From: Anaerolineales bacterium | GTDB taxonomy: Bacteria; Chloroflexota; Anaerolineae; Anaerolineales; UBA11579 | Reading direction: 5' to 3' | Assembly (NCBI GenBank): GCA_016935415.1 | Contig: JAFGRA010000332.1 | Span: forward strand, 1-60,252 | DNA length: 60,252 bases | Part shown: positions 1 through 8,776 of the stretch, one piece after another | Position numbering within the stretch: the stretch's first letter is position 1 | Layout: each line of letters starts with the position of its first letter | The notes under the pieces: generated by a model | What the model was told of the DNA's origin: nothing | What the model saw: only the letters and a program-made list of their open reading frames with translations | Database searches by the model: none | Position numbers and translations under genes: made by a program

Positions 1-57
1 CTTAGCCTGGGCCACTTCCAGGCGTTTGTCGGCGAAGATTTGCTGGAGAATACTCAT
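1..57 (-). CDS. trpC: indole-3-glycerol phosphate synthase, N-terminal fragment (runs off left edge)
   Basis: ATG at 57 (minus) preceded by GAGGAGA. It reads MSILQQIFADKRLEVAQAK, a TrpC-like N-terminus, and directly follows trpD. Confidence 0.6.
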   Translation of the reverse strand, partial: MSILQQIFADKRLEVAQAK

Positions 58-67
58 CGATCTCCTC

Positions 68-1093
68 TTAGGCTGCCACGGCCATGCGCTGGCTGGCCTG
101 TACCAAAGTGTCCAATTTATACAATGCCGCCCCGCTCGTTAGGGACGTCTCGGCCTTTTCCAGGCTGGCCTTGAAATCACCTTCTACAGTGGCGATCGCT
201 GCGGCGGCGTTCAGTACCACTACGTCCCGGCGCGGACTTTCATCTTTGTTTTCCAGAATCGCTTTCAGGATGTGAGCGTTCTCTTGAGCGTCCCCGCCCG
301 TCAACTCCTGTTTGCTCGCCGGGCGCAGGCCGTAATCTTCGGGGTTGAAGTCATAGGTCTCTACCTTGCCGTCGCGCAGTTCGCTGACCTTGTTGATGCC
401 ATCGGTGGCGAATTCGTCCATGCTGTTGTGTCCATGCACGACCATCGCACCCTGTACACCCAGTTCGCCCAAGACAGTCGCCATCGTATCTGTCAGGGCG
501 GGATCGTAGACGCCGATCAGCTGATGGGTGGAGTTGGCCGGGTTGGTGAGCGGGCCGAGGATATTGAAGATGGTGCGCTGGCCCAACTCGCGGCGCGGGC
601 CAATGGCATGTTTCATGGCTGGATGGAAAAGTGGAGCGAACATAAAGCCGATGCCGGTCTCTTCGATGCACTGCTGTACCTGAGTGGGGGAGAGCTTGAG
701 GTCGACGCCCAGCGCTTCCAGCACATCGGCGCTGCCGCATTTCGAAGAAGCGGCGCGGTTGCCGTGTTTGGCGACTGGCAGCCCGGTTCCGGCGATTACG
801 AAGGCCGCGGCGGTGGAGATATTGATCGAGTGTGAACCGTCGCCGCCGGTTCCGGCAGTGTCCAGCAGGGGAGCATCTACAGCCGGGCAAATCTGCTCGG
901 AAACAGATCGCATCGCCCGGGCGCTGCCGGTGATCTCATCCACGGTTTCGCCTTTCATGCGCAGCGCCACCAGGTAGGCGCCGATCTGAGCGGGAGTGGC
1001 CTGGCCGGTCATCACGATCACCATAGCCTGGAAAGCCTCATCTTGAGAGAGGTTTTGTTCGCTAATCACTTTTGCAATATAGGGTTTCAACAT
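68..1093 (-). CDS. trpD: anthranilate phosphoribosyltransferase
   Basis: 341 aa ORF with a GTGGDG motif and typical TrpD N-terminal helices. AAGGAGA RBS upstream of the ATG at 1093. Confidence 0.93.
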   Translation of the reverse strand: MLKPYIAKVISEQNLSQDEAFQAMVIVMTGQATPAQIGAYLVALRMKGETVDEITGSARAMRSVSEQICPAVDAPLLDTAGTGGDGSHSINISTAAAFVIAGTGLPVAKHGNRAASSKCGSADVLEALGVDLKLSPTQVQQCIEETGIGFMFAPLFHPAMKHAIGPRRELGQRTIFNILGPLTNPANSTHQLIGVYDPALTDTMATVLGELGVQGAMVVHGHNSMDEFATDGINKVSELRDGKVETYDFNPEDYGLRPASKQELTGGDAQENAHILKAILENKDESPRRDVVVLNAAAAIATVEGDFKASLEKAETSLTSGAALYKLDTLVQASQRMAVAA

Positions 1094-1110
1094 TTTGATT
1101 TCTCCTTCTA

Positions 1111-1689
1111 CTAAAACGTTGGTACTTTTAGGGTAAGAAAATTTTTCAAGATTTGTTTGCCACCCTGGGTGAGGATCGATTCGGGGTGGAACTGTAATCC
1201 GTAAACGGGGTATTGGCGGTGCTTGAGGCCCATGATCTCGCCTTCGCTGGTCTGGGCAATGACTTCGAGTGCTTCCGGTAAGCCGTCCTCTTCCACGATC
1301 AGGGAGTGGTAGCGCGTGGCTTCAAAGGGGCTGGGGAGGCCGTCAAAAATAGCATCCGCCTGGTGGTAGATGGGGGAGGTTTTGCCATGCATCAGGCGAG
1401 GGGCGCGTTCTACCTTGCCGCCGTATACTTCTCCCAAGCATTGGTGCCCCAGGCAAATCCCCAGCACGGGGATATTCGGCCCCAGTTCAAGGATGACTTG
1501 CTTGGAGATTCCGGCATCGCCTGGTTCGCCCGGCCCTGGTGAGATGACGATAAAATCGGGGTGTTGGGCACGGATTTCTTCCACGCTGGTCTCATCGTTG
1601 CGTATCACGTGGATATCGGGGTGCAGTTCGCCAAGATATTGCACCAGGTTGAAAGTAAACGAGTCGTAATTGTCGATTACGGTAATCAT
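1111..1689 (-). CDS. trpG: anthranilate synthase component II (glutamine amidotransferase)
   Basis: 192 aa class-I GATase (ICLGHQ; HPES triad region). Its ATG directly abuts the trpE stop (TAAATG). Confidence 0.92.
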   Translation of the reverse strand: MITVIDNYDSFTFNLVQYLGELHPDIHVIRNDETSVEEIRAQHPDFIVISPGPGEPGDAGISKQVILELGPNIPVLGICLGHQCLGEVYGGKVERAPRLMHGKTSPIYHQADAIFDGLPSPFEATRYHSLIVEEDGLPEALEVIAQTSEGEIMGLKHRQYPVYGLQFHPESILTQGGKQILKNFLTLKVPTF

Positions 1690-3177
1690 TTAGATTCCTT
1701 TCTCCGCCATTGAGACAGCTTCTGCCAGGGCACGCGCTTTGTTGATGGTTTCTTCGTATTCCCGGGCCGGATCGGAGTCGGCCACAATCCCGGCCCCGGC
1801 CTGTACGCTGATCTGTTTGCCGTGCAGCATCAAGGTGCGGATGGCGATGCAGGAGTCCATTGAGCCGTCGTAGGAAAAGTAGCCGACTGCTCCGGCGTAT
1901 GGGCCGCGTGAAAGCGGCTCCAACTCGTTGATGATCTGCATGGCGCGAATTTTGGGCGCGCCACTGACCGTGCCGGCCGGGAAGGTGGCTGCCATCAGGT
2001 CGAAGCCGTCCAGGCCGGGTTTTAATTTACCCTCGACCTGAGAAACAATATGCATCACGTGGGAGTAGCGTTCGACGACCATCAATTCCTTGACGTCAAC
2101 AGAACCGAATTCGCACACCCGCCCGAGATCATTGCGCCCCAGATCGACGAGCATGATGTGTTCGGCGCATTCCTTGGGGTCGTCTAGTAAATCCTGCTCA
2201 AGTTCGAAATCCTCCGAGGGTGTGGGGCCGCGCTGGCGGGTCCCGGCGATTGGGCGCAGGGCGGCGACTTCGTCTTCCAGGCGCACGTGCAGTTCGGGTG
2301 AAGCGCCGATCAGGTAGAATGGTTCGTCTCCGGCCAATTCACCGAAATTGAAGAAGAACATATAAGGAGAGGGATTCAAGCGGCGCAGCGCCCGGTAGAT
2401 GTCGAAGGGGGCAGCGTTGGTCTCGCGTGTCAGACGCTGGGAAAGTACCACCTGGAAAATGTCCCCGGCAACGATATATTCTTTGGCTGCCTCGACTGCG
2501 GTCATGTAAGTCTCACGCTCGATGTTGCTCTGGAATATTTCAGATTCTTCGAAGATATCTGTCTGCGTGTGCTGCAAAGGCTGAGCCAAACGTTTTTCCA
2601 GATCGTCCAGGCGGGCATGTGCTTCGAGTAAAGTGGTTTGTTCGTCGCCGTGTTTCTCGGCCACGGCCAGCAGCAGGATGCGGCCAAAGGCATGGTCGAA
2701 GGCAATCAGTGTATTGGCGACCAGATAGATCGCTTCCGGTAATTCGTCCTGGTAATCCAGCCCAACCTTTGGCTCGAAATAATTGATTACGTTGTAACCC
2801 AGGTAACCGACCAATCCACCAATGAAGCGCGGCAGGCCGTGCAGCCCGCTCAATTTACGGGCGTTCATGTATTCGCGCAGTACGGCAAAGGGATCGCCAC
2901 CTTTTTCGATGGGGTAAGTCTGAGAGCAATCTTTGTTTTGGTGAACGACCTGTGAGTCGGCAATCACGAAGGCTTCGTTCAGGTCGACGCCGATGAACGA
3001 GTAGCGCGCCAGGTGTTCGCCACCAGTGATGCTTTCCAGCAGGAAGGCGGGTGCTTCCCCGGCCAGCTTGAGGTACACGGAGGCTGGCGTTTCGAAGTCG
3101 GCAGGAAGTTCACGCGACACCAACAATAAACCTTCCTGCTCGACCTGGTATTGGGTTGAAACAAATGAATTGACCAT
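1690..3177 (-). CDS. trpE: anthranilate synthase component I
   Basis: Chorismate-binding enzyme signature (GAGIVADSDP, PKIRAMQII). I chose the ATG at 3177 (MVNSF...) with an AAGGAGAT RBS. The longer ORF to 3321 would read through the T-box and terminator. Confidence 0.92.
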   Translation of the reverse strand: MVNSFVSTQYQVEQEGLLLVSRELPADFETPASVYLKLAGEAPAFLLESITGGEHLARYSFIGVDLNEAFVIADSQVVHQNKDCSQTYPIEKGGDPFAVLREYMNARKLSGLHGLPRFIGGLVGYLGYNVINYFEPKVGLDYQDELPEAIYLVANTLIAFDHAFGRILLLAVAEKHGDEQTTLLEAHARLDDLEKRLAQPLQHTQTDIFEESEIFQSNIERETYMTAVEAAKEYIVAGDIFQVVLSQRLTRETNAAPFDIYRALRRLNPSPYMFFFNFGELAGDEPFYLIGASPELHVRLEDEVAALRPIAGTRQRGPTPSEDFELEQDLLDDPKECAEHIMLVDLGRNDLGRVCEFGSVDVKELMVVERYSHVMHIVSQVEGKLKPGLDGFDLMAATFPAGTVSGAPKIRAMQIINELEPLSRGPYAGAVGYFSYDGSMDSCIAIRTLMLHGKQISVQAGAGIVADSDPAREYEETINKARALAEAVSMAEKGI

Positions 3178-3180
3178 AAC

Positions 3181-3545
3181 ATCTCCTTGATAATAAAAAA
3201 GAGTCTTCTCTGTCCACGAAGGGACGAGAGAAGACTCCCGTGGTGCCACCCAGTTTAGGCCTGCCCTTAACAAAAAATTGCCACGAATGTGGCAAATGTG
3301 GTTAGGGCCAGCCTCACTCAATCAGATACGCCCAGAAAATACTTGGGAAATACCCGCTGCCTTGATAACGGTGGCAATTCCGGCTCAGGCTAATTGTTAT
3401 GGTCACTTGTGACCATCGTTCGCCTTGCAACTCCGAGACCCATTCAACATTGATGTGTGTACAAGGTTCACACCAGTTCCTTGCTCTCTGAAACACCAGG
3501 TCAATGTCTACTATTTCTCATCACAGTCTTTATGTGTGATTAATT
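3181..3545 (-). promoter_or_regulatory. T-box riboswitch leader, putative Trp (UGG) specifier, controlling trpEGDC
   Basis: On the minus strand I see a GTGATGAGAAATAGTA (GA/K-turn plus AGTA box), a CAGAGAGC AG-bay and GGTGTGAAC distal loop. GAA-UGG-G lies in the specifier position (UGG = 3440-3442). The T-box sequence AAACTGGGTGGCACCACGGG (about 3236-3256) overlaps the 5' arm of a terminator. Confidence 0.8.
3194..3237 (-). terminator. intrinsic terminator (expression platform of the T-box)
   Basis: Minus strand: GAGTCTTCTCTCGTCCCTTCGTGGACAGAGAAGACTC stem-loop followed by TTTTTTATTAT, ending about 15 nt before the trpE RBS. Confidence 0.85.
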
Positions 3546-3551
3546 GGCGTA

Positions 3552-3580
3552 GTTATATCAAAGTTCTGTTGTCTGGTCAA
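3552..3580 (-). promoter_or_regulatory. sigma70-type promoter for the trp leader
   Basis: Minus strand: TTGACC (3575-3580), 17 nt spacer, TATAAC (3552-3557). Confidence 0.55.
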
Positions 3581-3707
3581 GCCCTGAAAATGAGAATTTT
3601 AAACACGAATAACGCAAATTACGCCAATCGCAATAATGGGGCGTGATAATATTGGATTGGAAGCGCTCATTTAGAGGTTAGTATTTGATTTTGTAGTTGG
3701 ATGAGTT

Positions 3708-4196
3708 ATGGCTGAAAGACATCGATTTCACGGCGACCCGCAGCGTTTCGAAGTGCTGGCGAAGTTCATCTATGACCGCTATGGCAACAGCGTGCAGTAC
3801 ATTGCCGATGTGGCCGGTGGGCGGGGGATGTTGTGCCGTATCCTGCGCAAGAAATACAATTATGACTGCGAGGTGCTCGACCCGCGCGGTTGGACGCTGA
3901 AAGGTGTCCCTGGGCGTGCCGAAGAACTCGATCCAGCCAAGGCCGGATATTACGACCTGATTGTGGGTTTGCACCCTGATGAGGTCACCCGCGCGGTGGC
4001 CGAAGCCGCGCTTGTGCGTCCGGCGATCTTGGTGCCTTGCTGCAACTTCTGGTCCGCTGAAAAATTGGGGCGCGATGAGTTGGTCGAAGCGATTGAGAGT
4101 TATTATCAGGCGCAGGGGGTTCGCTACGAGCGCGTGACCTTTCCCTTCAAGGGGCCAAAGAATATCGGTATCGTTTCTGAGCCGCCGAGTAGGTGA
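3708..4196 (+). CDS. small hypothetical protein, class-I SAM methyltransferase-like
   Basis: 162 aa with a DVAGGRG (motif I-like) followed by an acidic VLDPR strand end. The overlapping minus-strand ORF 3678-4235 is Arg-rich and looks like noise. Confidence 0.5.
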   Translation: MAERHRFHGDPQRFEVLAKFIYDRYGNSVQYIADVAGGRGMLCRILRKKYNYDCEVLDPRGWTLKGVPGRAEELDPAKAGYYDLIVGLHPDEVTRAVAEAALVRPAILVPCCNFWSAEKLGRDELVEAIESYYQAQGVRYERVTFPFKGPKNIGIVSEPPSR

Positions 4197-4222
4197 GGGA
4201 AAGCTAACGCTTTTTAAAAGAC

Positions 4223-4251
4223 GACCGGCGGGCATTACAGCGCCGCCGGTC
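4223..4251. terminator. GC-rich hairpin between convergent genes (possible bidirectional terminator)
   Basis: GACCGGCGG...CCGCCGGTC 9-bp stem. The flanking A/T runs are only moderate. Confidence 0.45.
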
Positions 4252-4367
4252 AGAAGTGGAAAACAGTCGGTCGTGTCAATTCTCCACGACCCAATTTTAG
4301 CATGAATAACCTAGATAGAAACGTACAGGCGTGGGTTGAATTTCGGTGGCGTTGGGTTTAATATATT

Positions 4368-4718
4368 TTATTCGGTTTCGATTCCAAGCGCATTGAGGCC
4401 GGTTGGCATCATTTGTTTTGTCTTGATGAGATGTTCTGCGCGTTGTAGGTTTCGTTTTGATGTTGTGCCTTTTGCGCGGCGAGGTGAAAAACGCTGTAAG
4501 TACGATTTCTCATCATACTTGCTCCGTGTACTTTCGCTCCACCCAAAACATAGTCCTTGATCTAGAACTTCTTCAAATGCGACTGTTTCCACCCCGGAAT
4601 GTTTTTTGTAAATTCGTAACCAGATACCTTGAGATGTGGTGTGATTTTCCATTAGCCAATTACGTAAATCTTTTTCGGATTTGAATGTAAGAATTGGTAA
4701 ATTCTGGTAAGTTGACAC
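4368..4718 (-). CDS. YdeI/OmpD-associated family protein
   Basis: Family-like pattern F.SEKDLRNWL.ENH....GIWL...KK.SG....A..E.LD.GLCFGW.. I chose the GTG at 4718 with a GAAAGG RBS because the longer ORF overlaps the tRNA. Confidence 0.7.
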   Translation of the reverse strand: MSTYQNLPILTFKSEKDLRNWLMENHTTSQGIWLRIYKKHSGVETVAFEEVLDQGLCFGWSESTRSKYDEKSYLQRFSPRRAKGTTSKRNLQRAEHLIKTKQMMPTGLNALGIETE

Positions 4719-4744
4719 GATAACCTTTCTTATTAAAAGAGAAG

Positions 4745-4817
4745 TGGCGAGGGAGAGACTCGAACTCTCGACCAAGGGCTTATGAGTCCCCTGCTCTGCC
4801 AGCTGAGCTACCTCGCC
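4745..4817 (-). tRNA. tRNA with CAT anticodon (Met, or Ile2 if lysidinylated); CCA not encoded
   Basis: I folded the cloverleaf by hand. Acceptor GGCGAGG/CCTCGCC, D-arm GCTC-AGCTGGCA-GAGC, anticodon loop CTCATAA, T-arm GAGAG-TTCGAGT-CTCTC, discriminator A. Confidence 0.9.
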
Positions 4818-4895
4818 AAAACTGCCATATCAGACAGCGGCAGAAGTTTACTATGCCATCGTGATTTTGTCAACGATTGAAGCGCAAAAATCGTG

Positions 4896-7568
4896 CTAAA
4901 GTAGGGGAGTGGTTGCCGCTTGCAATACTCTTTCTGGAGTGAATGGAATGCCACGCAGCCGGATGCCGCTGGCATTGAAGACCGCGTTGGCAATTGCTGC
5001 CGGTGTTGGCCCGGTGGCGGCTTCGCCGCTGCCCAGGAAGGGCAGCCCGGGGCGGTTGAGGATCACGGTCTGGATGATGGGAACGTCAGGGAAACGCATG
5101 ATTGGGTAGGATTTCCAATCGGTGCTGGTAATCCCGTTTTCATCATAGGTCACTTCTTCCAATAAGGTCATGCTGGCAGCCTGAACGAAGGCACCTTCAA
5201 GTTGGTTACTCAGCCCATCCGGGTTGACAACCTGCCCGGCATCGGCGGCGATGACCGCTCTTTCCAGCTTGATCTTTCCCGTTTCCATGTTCACACTCAC
5301 CTCCACGCCAATTGCAGCGTAGGACGCGCTGTTCTTGTAGCGGGCGAAAGCGATCCCTTTCCCGTGACCCTCTACGCTATGCTCCTGGGCGCTTTCCCAG
5401 TCGATCTCCTCTGCCGCTGCCAATAGCACGGCTCGGGCGCGTCGATCATTGAGGTAGCGCAGCCGGAACTCGACCAGGTCGACGTTCGCAGCGTGAGCCA
5501 GTTCGTCCAAGAAAGATTCAATAGCAAATACGTTGGCGAAAGCGCCCAGGCCGCGGAAAGAGGAAATGCGCAGCGGGTGTTGTCTGACAACATGTTTGGC
5601 GATGCGCCTGGCCGGGAAATTGTAGAAGGGGTCGGCGTTGCGGTGGGAACCGCTGTGCGTGCCGGTTCCGGCGCGTGGCTCGGGTTGCTCGAATGCGTTT
5701 TCCAGCCGCCAGGCGGAGATCAATCCAGAGGTTGCTCCGGCCGGGTTGGGGCGGCCGAAGTGGGGCGGACTCCAGATGTCATGGTTCCAGTCGAGCAAGT
5801 TGGATGCGGCGTCCAGGCTGGCCTGCATTTCGATCACGGTGGCCGGGCTGTAAGGTTCCCAGCGATGCTCGTCTTCCCGGCTCCATTTCAGCGAAACCGG
5901 GTGACCGGGCAGCGCCGCGGCGATCAGCGCGGCATCAAAGGCGGCGTCATCAGCACCATTGTGACCGTAGCAGCCCGCGCCTTCTACGTGGATGACGTGA
6001 ATGTCCGCTTCCGGCATGCCCAGCGCGTGGGCGATATTGGCGCGCGGTGGGAAAACGCCCTGGGTCTGCGCCCAGACAGTGAGCTTGCCATCCTTTAGCC
6101 AGGCTACCGCCGCCGACGGGCCGAGTGAGGCATGCATGTGGTAGGGTTTGGTGTACGTGGCGTGCAGCGTTTGGGCGGCTTGTGCTGGTGTGCCGATCTC
6201 CGGAATAGGCACTTGCTGGGCAGTGCCATCGACGACCAGGTAATCCTCACTGGGGGCATGCCGTAGGGTGGTGTAGAGGTCATCCTGCTCGGGGGTAATC
6301 GGTTCTGCTTTCCAGGTACAGGCCGCTTTAAGGGCTTCATGGGCCTGGGCGGTATCGTGCTCGCGCGCGGCGGCAACCGCCAGGAAGCTACCATCTCGCA
6401 CAACCTGGACGCCTTCCGGCAGTTTGGACAGCATTTCTGCGTTCACTTCAACCAGCCTGGCGTTGTACGTTGGCGGATGGATGACCAGGGCATGCAGCAT
6501 GTCCGGCAGGTCGAGATCGTGGATGAAAGTGAATGTTCCGGTGACTTTCCCGGTGATCTCGAGCTGCTTTTCAGGCTGTCCAACCAGGGTGTACGCCGCA
6601 GCGGATTTGGGCTGGGTTGCTCCGGTCACATTGACGCCAAATTTCTTGCCGCCGAACAACTCCCAGTAGGTGACCGACCGGCCAGTCTCCGGATCGGTGA
6701 TCCTGCCTTCGGCTACCATCAACCGTTCCAGGGGTGCTTCCAGCTCTTCGTAGGCGATGCGTAGTAGCTGCTGGCGGGCTTCGGCGGCGGTGTAGCGGAT
6801 AGCGTTCCCTGATGTTTGCAGCGACATGCTCCCGGCCGTGATGCCTTCATCCGGTGTCAGGGCAGTATCGGCCATCTTGATGTTGATCTGAGCAAGGCGT
6901 ACGTCCAATTCGTCGGCTGCAATCTGCGCCAGGGCGGTTTTCAGGCCTTGGCCGATTTCGACCTTGCCGGAAAACACGGTGATGGTTTCTTCGGGGTCGA
7001 TGCGAATCCAGGCATCCAGCCCGGGCGTGTGGATCAATGGGCTGGGAAGCTCGATATTTTCAGCAGGGGAGATGTCCGTCAGCGTTCTGACTTCGAAAAG
7101 AGGCGCTTCTGGCCGACCCACACGCAGTTTGATCGCCCGTCTGACGCGTTCGTATACACCACAGCGGCACAGATTACCCGCCAGACCTTCGCGGATTTGC
7201 TCGTCAGTGGGGTAGCGGAATTGATTCAATAGTCCCTGTGCGGCGACGAGCATCCCTGAAGTGCAAAATCCGCATTGTCCAACCTGCTCTTCGATGAAAG
7301 CGTGCTGCAAGGGATGAAGTTCTTCAGGTGTTCCCAGGCCTTCGATCGTGATGATAACCGTGTCTTGCAGTGCTCCGATTTGCACGTGACAGGAAGGCGT
7401 AGCGCGGCCGTCGATGAGCACACTGCACGCACCGCATTCTTCTTCCCGGCAGCCTGCTTTCACGCCAGTAAGGCCCAGTTGGCGCAGGGCGGTAAGTAGG
7501 GTGGCTTCGGGTGGTAAATCAACCTGGATTGTGTTGCCGTTCACGTTTAGGGGGATAGTCGAAGGCAT
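4896..7568 (-). CDS. fused [2Fe-2S] subunit / molybdopterin-binding subunit of an IorAB-type (xanthine dehydrogenase family) hydroxylase
   Basis: The N-terminal ~155 aa carry CoxS/IorA-like cysteine motifs (GCREEECGACSV, CGFCTSG, CRCG). The remaining ~735 aa are IorB-like Mo-binding domains. ATG at 7568 with a GGAG RBS. Confidence 0.85.
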   Translation of the reverse strand: MPSTIPLNVNGNTIQVDLPPEATLLTALRQLGLTGVKAGCREEECGACSVLIDGRATPSCHVQIGALQDTVIITIEGLGTPEELHPLQHAFIEEQVGQCGFCTSGMLVAAQGLLNQFRYPTDEQIREGLAGNLCRCGVYERVRRAIKLRVGRPEAPLFEVRTLTDISPAENIELPSPLIHTPGLDAWIRIDPEETITVFSGKVEIGQGLKTALAQIAADELDVRLAQINIKMADTALTPDEGITAGSMSLQTSGNAIRYTAAEARQQLLRIAYEELEAPLERLMVAEGRITDPETGRSVTYWELFGGKKFGVNVTGATQPKSAAAYTLVGQPEKQLEITGKVTGTFTFIHDLDLPDMLHALVIHPPTYNARLVEVNAEMLSKLPEGVQVVRDGSFLAVAAAREHDTAQAHEALKAACTWKAEPITPEQDDLYTTLRHAPSEDYLVVDGTAQQVPIPEIGTPAQAAQTLHATYTKPYHMHASLGPSAAVAWLKDGKLTVWAQTQGVFPPRANIAHALGMPEADIHVIHVEGAGCYGHNGADDAAFDAALIAAALPGHPVSLKWSREDEHRWEPYSPATVIEMQASLDAASNLLDWNHDIWSPPHFGRPNPAGATSGLISAWRLENAFEQPEPRAGTGTHSGSHRNADPFYNFPARRIAKHVVRQHPLRISSFRGLGAFANVFAIESFLDELAHAANVDLVEFRLRYLNDRRARAVLLAAAEEIDWESAQEHSVEGHGKGIAFARYKNSASYAAIGVEVSVNMETGKIKLERAVIAADAGQVVNPDGLSNQLEGAFVQAASMTLLEEVTYDENGITSTDWKSYPIMRFPDVPIIQTVILNRPGLPFLGSGEAATGPTPAAIANAVFNASGIRLRGIPFTPERVLQAATTPLL

Positions 7569-7699
7569 GAGTAAACTCCAATCAAACAATCATTTAAGTA
7601 TATTGTACCCAATCCTGGCATTCGCTGTGACGATAGGGTGGGGGAGGCGTACTGATGTGATATGATGATTTGAAATCTTATCTAATAGAGGAGGTTGGT

Positions 7700-8521
7700 A
7701 TGCACAGATGGAATGCGGGCGAAGTGGTCACGCATGGAACTCGTTTGCATTATTATCGCACTGATGGGGGTAGGCCGCCACTTGTGCTCTTGCATGGCTT
7801 TTCGGACGACGGGCTGTGCTGGACGCCGGTTGCTGAGGTGCTTTCTGAGGATTTCGATGTAATTATGGTTGATGCGTGTGGGCATGGCAAATCAGAAGCG
7901 CCCGATCAAGGCTATGGCCAGCGTACAATGGCAACCGAAGTCGCCGGATTGATCGAAGCGTTGAGTTTAGAAAAGCCGGCGATATTGGGCCACTCAATGG
8001 GGGCGGCTACGGCGCTGACGCTGGCCAGTTTGTACCCGGAATTACCGCGTGCGATCTTGCTGGAAGATCCACCCGCTATCTGGAATGCTGCTCAAAACGC
8101 TCAGGGAGCCGAGCGGCGCAATTTCTTTATCGGGTGGATCGAGCAACTCAAGCGTAAAACGCGCGATGAGTTGCTTACAGAGGTACGCGCAGATAATCCT
8201 GTCTGGTCCGAAGCTGAATTAGGCCCCTGGGCTGACTCCAAGCATCGGTTAAGTACAAAGATCATTAAGTTGCTAACATCATCAGATGAAGAAGATGTTG
8301 GCTTGGAAAGACGCGTACAAGGGATTCACTGTCCGGTGCTGCTTATGACTGCTGATCCAGAACGCGGAGCCATCGTCACTGAAGACGATGCGCGTTTATT
8401 AAAAGAATTGATCCCAGATCTACAAGTTGTCCATATTGCTCGCGCCGGACATTATGTCCAGCACCAGCAATTCGACCTGTATTTGCAAGCAATAACAGAT
8501 TTTCTGGTGAGGAGTAGATAG
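7700..8521 (+). CDS. alpha/beta hydrolase
   Basis: HGFSDD oxyanion region and GHSMGA nucleophile elbow. ATG at 7700 behind a GAGGAGG RBS. Confidence 0.85.
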   Translation: MHRWNAGEVVTHGTRLHYYRTDGGRPPLVLLHGFSDDGLCWTPVAEVLSEDFDVIMVDACGHGKSEAPDQGYGQRTMATEVAGLIEALSLEKPAILGHSMGAATALTLASLYPELPRAILLEDPPAIWNAAQNAQGAERRNFFIGWIEQLKRKTRDELLTEVRADNPVWSEAELGPWADSKHRLSTKIIKLLTSSDEEDVGLERRVQGIHCPVLLMTADPERGAIVTEDDARLLKELIPDLQVVHIARAGHYVQHQQFDLYLQAITDFLVRSR

Positions 8522-8581
8522 ATGAAATAGATGGGGCAGGGGGTGGTAAGGTTATTATTGGTATTTGTCTTAAGGAATAAA

Positions 8582-8625
8582 AACTGGGATGCGTTGTTCT
8601 ACTCTGCTCTTCCCAGTTTTTTCTT
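8582..8625 (+). terminator. intrinsic terminator after the hydrolase gene
   Basis: AACTGGGA...TCCCAGTT stem followed by TTTTCTTTT. The loop is large. Confidence 0.5.
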
Positions 8626-8665
8626 TTGTATAACGTTTGATGGAAAAATCTGTAAGGGGGAGTGG

Positions 8666-8694
8666 TTGACAATACTAGAAATCCTTGCTATTAT
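8666..8694 (+). promoter_or_regulatory. sigma70-type promoter of the recombinase gene
   Basis: TTGACA (8666-8671), 17 nt spacer, TATTAT (8689-8694). Confidence 0.6.
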
Positions 8695-8705
8695 ATAAAC
8701 AACTT

Positions 8706-8739
8706 TATGGTTAGGACAACAAATATTATCCTAACCATA
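8706..8739. repeat. 14-6-14 inverted repeat (lox/dif-like candidate recombinase core site or operator)
   Basis: TATGGTTAGGACAA-CAAATA-TTATCCTAACCATA. The arms match 13/14, with the outer 11 bp perfect. It lies between the predicted promoter and the recombinase ATG. Confidence 0.6.
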
Positions 8740-8776
8740 TAACGAATGCAATATATATTGAATTATTGAGGACTTT

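Noticed and set aside
3178-3321. 48-codon N-terminal extension of the trpE ORF (MSEAGPNHICHIRG...).
   Set aside because: It reads through the T-box sequence and the terminator hairpin. A good RBS precedes the internal ATG at 3177.
3678-4235. 185-aa minus-strand ORF overlapping the methyltransferase-like gene.
   Set aside because: It has an Arg-rich composition and no motifs. The plus-strand frame has a recognisable SAM-binding motif and an RBS.
4719-4775. Upstream extension of the YdeI-like ORF.
   Set aside because: It overlaps the tRNA(CAT) gene on the same strand. The GTG at 4718 has a proper RBS.
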